A stretch of DNA of 60,479 nt, taken from positions 1 to 60,479 of the IMG/VR virus record IMGVR_UViG_3300048548_000184. One strand, written 5' to 3'. The position numbers and the translations under genes were made by a program. The DNA is from a virus (taxonomy: Duplodnaviria > Caudoviricetes). Under the pieces are notes generated by a model, which was not told where the DNA came from, ran no database searches, and saw nothing but the letters and a program-made list of their open reading frames with translations. Shown here piece by piece: positions 54,585 through 60,479 of the stretch; the first letter of the stretch is position 1; every line of letters begins with the position of its first letter.

Positions 54585-54955
54585 TGCTTGACAGTACTTT
54601 TGAAAAACAGATGAAATATTTTGATGGTATTCGTTCCAAAGAAGGACTAAATACAGTATGGTCCATCTATGAAGTCGAAGATGCCTATGCTAAATCACCC
54701 ATCAAAGTGAAGGGTAAAGAAATCGTATATGAAAGCATTCGTTATGATGCCACTTCAGAAGATCTTTTAAAAGATATTGCAGAAGGAACTAATCGGTCTA
54801 GTATCATGTACAAGACAGAGATCCAAGGCGACACTTGGATGGATATGTGGAAAGCTGCTGAGTGGGTTATTTCTATGTCGGGTACGCATCATCGTTACAT
54901 TGAAGACTTCACGATGAATTCAGATGGAACCATTGAGTTAACAACAGGTTCTTAA
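54584..54955 (+). CDS. hypothetical protein
   Basis: WSIYE, TWMDMWKAA...HHRYIE.F...LTTGS. Confidence 0.65.
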   Translation: MLDSTFEKQMKYFDGIRSKEGLNTVWSIYEVEDAYAKSPIKVKGKEIVYESIRYDATSEDLLKDIAEGTNRSSIMYKTEIQGDTWMDMWKAAEWVISMSGTHHRYIEDFTMNSDGTIELTTGS

Positions 54956-54965
54956 GGAGAACGCA

Positions 54966-55409
54966 ATGAAATATTCATTAGCACTAGTGGCTGCTTTGGC
55001 CTCTAGTACTGCCATGGCAGAAAACATAACAAAGGTCAAAGTTTTTGATCACACGGAAATTGTAACACAATCTGTTCCTGTGACAGAGACACGATGCCAA
55101 GAAGTACAGGTTCCAATCTATCAGCAAAGCCAAGGAGCTTCTGGCGGTGACGTATTACTTGGTGCAATCTTAGGTGGTCTTATTGGTGGTACTGCATCTG
55201 GTAAAGACAGTGGCGCTGCGATTGGTGCTCTAGGGGGTGCTATTGTAGCCAACGAAAGTGCTAAAGGCTCAAAGGTCACAGGCTACAAAACTGAACGTCA
55301 CTGTGGTGATGTGACAGTATATCAGAACACTAATGTTGAAGTGTATAGCCACTCTACCATTCGCTTCTATATAGATGGTAAACGGTATGTGGTTCCATTT
55401 AAAAAATAA
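54966..55409 (+). CDS. glycine-zipper 2TM exported protein (YcfJ-like)
   Basis: Signal peptide, C..GAILGGLIGG...GAAIGALGGA..C. Confidence 0.8.
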   Translation: MKYSLALVAALASSTAMAENITKVKVFDHTEIVTQSVPVTETRCQEVQVPIYQQSQGASGGDVLLGAILGGLIGGTASGKDSGAAIGALGGAIVANESAKGSKVTGYKTERHCGDVTVYQNTNVEVYSHSTIRFYIDGKRYVVPFKK

Positions 55410-55420
55410 AGGATAATATA

Positions 55421-55621
55421 ATGAAAGAACAATTAGTAAAAGCTGCACGTATGCATGCTGAAGGTGAGTTAGAACGTGCTAAAACAAACATTATGGTTTA
55501 TATGAATCAGAGTGTGGGTATTGGTGAACACTCAGATATTGTAGAAGCTATTCAAGAAGAACTTGATAAAATGGCGGCTGCAACTGATCGTATTGAAATG
55601 CTACAGCAACATTTCTCATGA
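55421..55621 (+). CDS. conserved marine-phage hypothetical protein
   Basis: NIMVY...VGIGEHSDIVEAI..EL. Confidence 0.7.
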   Translation: MKEQLVKAARMHAEGELERAKTNIMVYMNQSVGIGEHSDIVEAIQEELDKMAAATDRIEMLQQHFS

Positions 55622-55902
55622 ATATAAGTATAACCGATACAGCTAAATCTTACCTAAAAGAAGTTGGTGATCCTAATGTTTCACTGATGGTAAAGGGTGG
55701 GGGTTGTGCAGGGTTTCAGTATGAGTGGGGTACTACAGATAAAGACCCTACCATAGAAAACCTGTGGCTTGATCCTATGGCAGAGATGTTTGTGTTTGGT
55801 TGTACTATTGATTATGTAAAAGAACTAGGTGGTTCTTATTTGAAAGTCGTGAATCCTAATGCAACTGCAAGCTGTGGTTGCGGTGAAAGTTTTGGAGTTT
55901 AA
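55618..55902 (+). CDS. iscA: A-type Fe-S carrier (IscA/HesB family)
   Basis: VKGGGCAGFQY, IDY, NPNATASCGCGESF. Confidence 0.9.
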   Translation: MNISITDTAKSYLKEVGDPNVSLMVKGGGCAGFQYEWGTTDKDPTIENLWLDPMAEMFVFGCTIDYVKELGGSYLKVVNPNATASCGCGESFGV

Positions 55903-55912
55903 GGGGGGTATT

Positions 55913-56101
55913 ATGCCTATATTAATATTAATGTTGTTTGCAGCGAATAACGAAGAGTTCTTTAGCGTCTCTCACGAAAATGCTAAGAATGGGTACACTT
56001 GGGAAGCTATTGAAAGTGGTTGTCGTGAACCTCTTCCCAATACAATTTATATTGAAGATGGTAATGGTGAAGTTTGCTTTACGCAACAGCCGCCATCCTG
56101 A
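55913..56101 (+). CDS. small exported/membrane protein
   Basis: GGGGG RBS, hydrophobic N-terminus, Cys pair. Confidence 0.55.
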   Translation: MPILILMLFAANNEEFFSVSHENAKNGYTWEAIESGCREPLPNTIYIEDGNGEVCFTQQPPS

Positions 56102-56110
56102 TTGTTATTA

Positions 56111-56187
56111 GGTTTCTTAGCTCAACTGGATAGAGCAACTGCCTTCTAAGCAGTAGGTTATAGGTTCGAGTCCTATAGAGACCGCCA
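56111..56187 (+). tRNA. tRNA-Arg(UCU)
   Basis: Cloverleaf: GGTTTCT/AGAGACC acceptor, GCTC/GAGC D-arm, ACTGC-CT-TCT-AA-GCAGT, TTCGAGT T-loop, encoded CCA. Confidence 0.95.
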
Positions 56188-56202
56188 CTAAAAGGATACG
56201 TT

Positions 56203-56364
56203 ATGCGAAGAGGTTCAAAACCAAGCGTAGAAGAATATATAAAGGTTAGATTAGACTTTTTGCGTGATGAGAAGAAAAAGAATGATAATCAAACAGCACA
56301 TCTTGTTTTAGATAAATCAATATATGAGTTGAATGTAGTTCTTGATCTTTTAAAAAGGACATGA
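56203..56364 (+). CDS. small hypothetical protein (53 aa)
   Basis: Read from sequence; AAGGA RBS. Confidence 0.6.
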   Translation: MRRGSKPSVEEYIKVRLDFLRDEKKKNDNQTAHLVLDKSIYELNVVLDLLKRT

Positions 56365-56436
56365 GTTTTCCTCTCTTGGTAGATGCAGGTATTCCCAAAT
56401 CCTGCCCACACCTATATACTTAAAAGGAGATATCTT

Positions 56437-56715
56437 ATGGACCCTGCAAGTATTTTTGCCGCAATATCATTTTGGCTTTTGAGCACTAAGGTAGAGCAAC
56501 AAGAGAAACAGATTCATGAACTTGAAGTTCAGATAGTAATGCAAGAACAATCATTCATTGATCTTGCCGCAACACACTCAGCCTTTGCAGCAAGGTCTGA
56601 GACAGTAGATCAGCAGCACGATAGAAGAATTGACACAGTGAATCAAAGAGTTGATAACATATTAGAGTATATTGTTGAAAATCCATCAGCAGCGAGTGAA
56701 CTTATAACGGAGTGA
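56437..56715 (+). CDS. N-terminal hydrophobic segment plus coiled coil
   Basis: AGGAG RBS before ATG 56437. Confidence 0.6.
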   Translation: MDPASIFAAISFWLLSTKVEQQEKQIHELEVQIVMQEQSFIDLAATHSAFAARSETVDQQHDRRIDTVNQRVDNILEYIVENPSAASELITE

Positions 56716-56718
56716 TTT

Positions 56719-57099
56719 ATGAAATATTATGTATCCGCAGCAGAACGCTGGAGATTTTGGGAAACTGCTATTCTTGAAAAGGGTGATATTAAGATTTCTT
56801 TAGAATACAATGTTAAATGGGGCACTGTTGAAGTAGAAGTTCCTGATGATTTTAAGTTTGATGAAGACTTTAATAGTGAAGATTTTGATGATTGGAGTAT
56901 TACAGATACTGGCGATGAAGAGTTTGAACAGTTTGAAATGCTGCAAGGTGACGTTTTTGATGCACCCGATCTAGACTTCAACGAAGAAGAATATTTTGAT
57001 CTACGTGAATCCCTAGAAGATAATGGTTGGGAGTATGTGGAAACAAAGGTTTATATTGATAATATTATAGTAGAGGAAAGTGAAAATGAAAACGTATAG
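56719..57099 (+). CDS. highly acidic hypothetical protein
   Basis: About 40 of 126 residues D/E (hand count). Confidence 0.7.
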   Translation: MKYYVSAAERWRFWETAILEKGDIKISLEYNVKWGTVEVEVPDDFKFDEDFNSEDFDDWSITDTGDEEFEQFEMLQGDVFDAPDLDFNEEEYFDLRESLEDNGWEYVETKVYIDNIIVEESENENV

Positions 57100-57655
57100 A
57101 CTTGAACCGACACATAAAAAATCTGTTGTTGAGTACGATACCTTCCGTAAGAAGATGGAAGGGGATACCCCAGATATGTGGATCAGAAAAGAAATCGGTT
57201 GGCGATGGGGAGAGTTCAATGTATTTGTTCCTGAGACTGAAGAAGAAGTTATTGAATGGGCAAACGATCAAGTTGGTGATGCAGAATACTATAAGTCTTT
57301 AACAGAAGTCTTAGATGACTATGGTGAAGAAGATCTAGAGGGTATGATAGGACACGCTATGCCAGATGCTAGTGAAGCCTGTACATTCCACGAACTATCT
57401 GACTACAGTTTCGAGATGAACTCAACATGGGATGGTTGTTGGGAAGATTGGGATATCTTTGTAGGTGGAGACGATCTTTCAGAAGAAGAGCAAGAAGAGT
57501 TGCTTGAAGAAGTTCAAGACAAATATTCTGAAGACTATGAAGATGGCGTAGCAGAACTTGGCTTTGAGCATATGGATAACTATACTGATATTCATTGTCC
57601 TATAACTTTAGTTGAAGTTGACGAAGATCGTAATGCAATAGATATAAACTCTTGA
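57080..57655 (+). CDS. highly acidic hypothetical protein, paralog-like to upstream gene
   Basis: WGEFNVFVPE vs WGTVEVEVPD; D/E-rich. Confidence 0.7.
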   Translation: MKMKTYRLEPTHKKSVVEYDTFRKKMEGDTPDMWIRKEIGWRWGEFNVFVPETEEEVIEWANDQVGDAEYYKSLTEVLDDYGEEDLEGMIGHAMPDASEACTFHELSDYSFEMNSTWDGCWEDWDIFVGGDDLSEEEQEELLEEVQDKYSEDYEDGVAELGFEHMDNYTDIHCPITLVEVDEDRNAIDINS

Positions 57656-57704
57656 CTTTATATTGAATTAGTGTAAACTGTCTGTGAAATTAGTGGAGTA
57701 TATT

Positions 57705-58226
57705 ATGACAAGTGTTGAAGCGCAACGTGGTATGAAAGGTTCTCTGAAGTCTTTTGATAGAGCAGAGCACATGATATATGACGATAAAGGTAAAGACGCA
57801 GTTATTAGTTTTGCAGACAGGGTGCTCAAAGGAAAGAATTTAAAAACAATAGAAAACCCTAATGCCTATGGGATTGATGTTCTAACACTTAATGATGAGA
57901 ATGAGGTTGTTGCTTGTTGGGAAGTCGAAGTTCGTCATGGTAATTGGAGTGGGGATAGGAAGTTTCCTTTTGGTGAGATTAATTGTATTGAACGTAAAGA
58001 TCATCAATGGAAACGTGAAAAGTCCTTTACAAGCAAAATTCCTTTTAAGTTGGCTAAAGATTATAAGGTGTACTATGTTCAACTTAACAAAGAATGTACA
58101 CGGCTAGTGGTTATTGATGCTGACAAAATCCTCAAATATCCTCTAAAAGCTTGGCGTAATCGTAAGGCTCATGGCGAATATGTTCGTCAAGTTCCCATCT
58201 CAGAAACCTTACAGTCTAGGGTATAA
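57705..58226 (+). CDS. PD-(D/E)xK-like nuclease fold protein
   Basis: YGIDV...WEVEVR pattern; GGAG RBS. Confidence 0.45.
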   Translation: MTSVEAQRGMKGSLKSFDRAEHMIYDDKGKDAVISFADRVLKGKNLKTIENPNAYGIDVLTLNDENEVVACWEVEVRHGNWSGDRKFPFGEINCIERKDHQWKREKSFTSKIPFKLAKDYKVYYVQLNKECTRLVVIDADKILKYPLKAWRNRKAHGEYVRQVPISETLQSRV

Positions 58227-58230
58227 CTAT

Positions 58231-58238
58231 TATAAATA
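58231..58238 (+). promoter_or_regulatory. T4-type late promoter
   Basis: TATAAATA in intergenic region. Confidence 0.75.
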
Positions 58239-58268
58239 AAGGAAATGGTTTTTTTATAAGGTAACGAC

Positions 58269-59222
58269 ATGCAAAATTTTTCTTCATTTCTAGACGAACT
58301 CATTTATGGCGAGACTGTTTCTGATCCTATCAGAGAAGAGTATATTGAAGAACAGTTTGATGAACTTATGGAAGCCCTTATCACATTTGGTGGTAAGGCA
58401 TATCCTAAGTTTGGTAACGTTGTTATCATGGCTGGTGGTGCAGGATCAGGTAAAGGTTTTGTCAAGGACAAACTAGTTGGTATCGAAGGGTTCACCTTTG
58501 ATGTTGATGCGCTAAAGACACTGGCGGCTGCAACTCCTGCTATCCAAAAACGTGTGAAGAAAGAACTTGGTGTTGATCTAGAGAAACTAGCAGATAATCT
58601 AAAAAAATCTGAAAATGTTGGTAAGCTGCATCAGATCATTGGTGACTATCTAAAGCTAGACAACAGACGATTAAAAGCACTGTACACTTCTATTATGACC
58701 GCAGACCCTGAACGTAAGCCAAACATCATTTTTGATGTGACTTTAAAAGATCTACAGAAACTAGAAAAGCTTACACGTCAAGTTTCTTCTATTGGTTACG
58801 ACAAATCAAACATCCACATCGTTTGGGTTGTTAATGATATCGAAGTAGCTAAACAGCAGAATAAAACAAGAGACCGTGTGGTTGATACAAATATTCTTAT
58901 AAACACCCACAGAGGTGCCTCACAGACCATGGGCGATATCGTGAACATGGGTACAGATTTACGTAAGTATATGGATGGCGATATTGTATTCGCATTCAAC
59001 AAAGTTGATGTTGACAGCACAGTACTAAAAAATCAGCCAAAAGGTGCAGGTGACAAGATTGGTATGAAGGGCGACACAAAGGGTGGCATGTTCATCAAGG
59101 ATGCAAACTACTTCTATGTAAAACGTAAAGGTAAACCGCCAACATCTGTTGCAAAGCTAGAAAAATCTCTTCGCATGAAAATCAAATCATATGTACCTAA
59201 AGGGGTTTCTTGGGATGATTAG
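58269..59222 (+). CDS. P-loop kinase (zeta-toxin/AAA_33-like) with capsid-targeting-like N-terminus
   Basis: MAGGAGSGKG Walker A, DVD, IIFDVT, WV...A..QN..RDRVV; MQNFSSFLDE. Confidence 0.75.
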   Translation: MQNFSSFLDELIYGETVSDPIREEYIEEQFDELMEALITFGGKAYPKFGNVVIMAGGAGSGKGFVKDKLVGIEGFTFDVDALKTLAAATPAIQKRVKKELGVDLEKLADNLKKSENVGKLHQIIGDYLKLDNRRLKALYTSIMTADPERKPNIIFDVTLKDLQKLEKLTRQVSSIGYDKSNIHIVWVVNDIEVAKQQNKTRDRVVDTNILINTHRGASQTMGDIVNMGTDLRKYMDGDIVFAFNKVDVDSTVLKNQPKGAGDKIGMKGDTKGGMFIKDANYFYVKRKGKPPTSVAKLEKSLRMKIKSYVPKGVSWDD

Positions 59223-59736
59223 TTTCAAACAACACCTACAGGAAAGTGAAGAACTAGAAGAAAGTGTAGTTGCCTCTGCTATGGAGTTGTGGAATATTGT
59301 TTCATCTTTAAAGGCTTCAGGAGTGTCGTATGAGGCAATGGTTTTGATATCATTCTTCACTTTCATTCCTGCTGCTGTTGGTGCCACGGCTGAACTATGG
59401 ACTAGAAGTGATGATCGTGAAGTAATCAATAGAGCAAAAGCGATTATTAAAAAAATAGAATCGGGTGATGCTAGTAAAGATGATTTAGAATATTTGAGTG
59501 ATTATGGTCAAAACCTAGTAGACTGGTTAGGTGGTGGCGCATATCGTAAGGATTCAAAATATATCAACAACAGAACTGGACGTAGATATACTCAACTAAA
59601 AAGTATTAGTTACAGTACGTTGGTAAACATTGATGCTATTGCACGTTGGGCATACAGAAAACTAACAGGTAAACAACCAAAGAAAATTAAAATCTCTAAA
59701 TCTATTATTCCACAGGTAAAAAGAAAAGATGCTTAG
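59215..59736 (+). CDS. late protein with capsid-targeting-like N-terminus and hydrophobic segment
   Basis: MISFKQHLQE..LEE; internal hydrophobic stretch. Confidence 0.6.
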   Translation: MISFKQHLQESEELEESVVASAMELWNIVSSLKASGVSYEAMVLISFFTFIPAAVGATAELWTRSDDREVINRAKAIIKKIESGDASKDDLEYLSDYGQNLVDWLGGGAYRKDSKYINNRTGRRYTQLKSISYSTLVNIDAIARWAYRKLTGKQPKKIKISKSIIPQVKRKDA

Positions 59737-59758
59737 TTTTAAACAACACTTACAGGAA
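59215..59758 (+). repeat. near-identical 30-nt gene starts (59215-59244 and 59729-59758)
   Basis: ATGATTAGTTTCAAACAACACCTACAGGAA vs ATGCTTAGTTTTAAACAACACTTACAGGAA (3 mismatches). Confidence 0.8.
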
Positions 59759-60127
59759 GCACAGTGTGACCTTGTAGGTATGAAACAGATCAAACAGTTT
59801 GAGAAGATTGTCGATCAACTCTTTAAGAAGTTTGATATTGATTTTAACTTCACACGTCACTTCGCTGATCGTATGAGTGATGAACGCAACACTCCATGTA
59901 TTACCATGAAAGAGCTTGCTGAGTTTATTAAGAAGATCTATGCAAAGCAGGGTAAGTCTCTGAAGGGTATCGCAGGGGCAGAAGCAGTTGTGAAAGACAT
60001 TCAAAAAGATCTGAACATTCCTGTTGCAGTTACCTATGATCAACGTAACGATGAGTTTGACGTTGTGATGAAAACAATCATGCGTAAGAAAAACTTCAAA
60101 ACACCAAACAAGGTTATTACTTACTAA
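59729..60127 (+). CDS. late protein with capsid-targeting-like N-terminus; possible RelE/DUF4258-like fold
   Basis: MLSFKQHLQE; FTRHFADR..D.RN, VVMKTIMRK. Confidence 0.6.
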   Translation: MLSFKQHLQEAQCDLVGMKQIKQFEKIVDQLFKKFDIDFNFTRHFADRMSDERNTPCITMKELAEFIKKIYAKQGKSLKGIAGAEAVVKDIQKDLNIPVAVTYDQRNDEFDVVMKTIMRKKNFKTPNKVITY

Positions 60128-60479
60128 TGGCTGTTAATAGATACTTTGCTAATACTTACCTAGCTGAGATGGTAGATATTTCTGCAGGTGAAGTTGTAGA
60201 TGTACACAAGATCGACAAGTTTGGTTACAATAGTGCCGTAGGAAATTCTTATGAAACTATTTGGGATGGTAATAATCTTTACACCTATATCGAAACTGCA
60301 GGTACAGCCACGGTAACAAGTTCTAATACGTCAGCAGACAATGGTAGCACTGTAGAGGTACAGGGGTTAGATGCGAACTATGATCAAGTATCTGAAACCC
60401 TAACTGTCGGTGGTTCTGCAAGTACAGTAGAGTTCTATAGAGTTTACAGGGCAAGCGTGGTAACACCAAATACAGGAAC
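60127..60479 (+). CDS. probable virion structural protein (partial, runs off window)
   Basis: MAVNRY...KFGYN...ETIWDG..Y....A....SS..D...VEVQGLDANY..SE; beta-rich T/S/G composition. Confidence 0.6.
   Translation, partial: MAVNRYFANTYLAEMVDISAGEVVDVHKIDKFGYNSAVGNSYETIWDGNNLYTYIETAGTATVTSSNTSADNGSTVEVQGLDANYDQVSETLTVGGSASTVEFYRVYRASVVTPNTG

Noticed and set aside
56366-56412. GCAGG/CCTGC hairpin, and a 15-nt match (AGATGCAGGTATTCC) also present near 28885
   Set aside because: The stem is short, there is no recognisable riboswitch core, and the second copy is in coding sequence; probably chance.
85-60043. Many short antisense or alternate-frame ORFs in the ORF track (e.g. 684-1028, 3810-4079, 26341-26802, 35033-35410)
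   Set aside because: They overlap well-supported genes, lack RBS and motifs, and look like shadow ORFs.
1-60479. Stop-codon reassignment or alternative genetic code
   Set aside because: Core genes are full length under the standard code, all three stops end genes, and there is no suppressor tRNA.
1-60479. Integrase, transposase or prophage boundaries
   Set aside because: None recognised; the whole window is consistent with a lytic T4-like genome.

Overview
This 60.5 kb window is part of a large, AT-rich T4-like (Tevenvirinae-related) dsDNA phage genome. It is probably marine and probably infects an alphaproteobacterium, inferred from a circularly permuted two-piece tmRNA with an ANDN...ALAA tag, a class II RNR, a SleB-type hydrolase and IscA. 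Core genes: uvsX, gp40-like, gp41 helicase, thyX, nrdJ, rnh, phoH, spanins, tRNA-Arg(UCU), T4-type late promoters (TATAAATA) and a repeated sigma70 early promoter. Accessory blocks: (1) a probable DNA-modification locus upstream of uvsX (methyltransferase, TAGT-like glycosyltransferase, cupin, cytidylyltransferase, nucleotide-sugar dehydrogenase); (2) a late operon of exported, disulfide-rich proteins at 14.3-17.8 kb resembling a miniature chaperone/pilin/pore surface-fibre system, my best candidate for an undescribed system; (3) head-targeted proteins with T4-like capsid-targeting N-termini, two of which look like polyproteins; (4) a ~12.5 kb glycan biosynthesis/modification island; (5) an array of small early genes, each cassette headed by a near-identical promoter. 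All assignments come from motif recognition by eye. No database searches were run.
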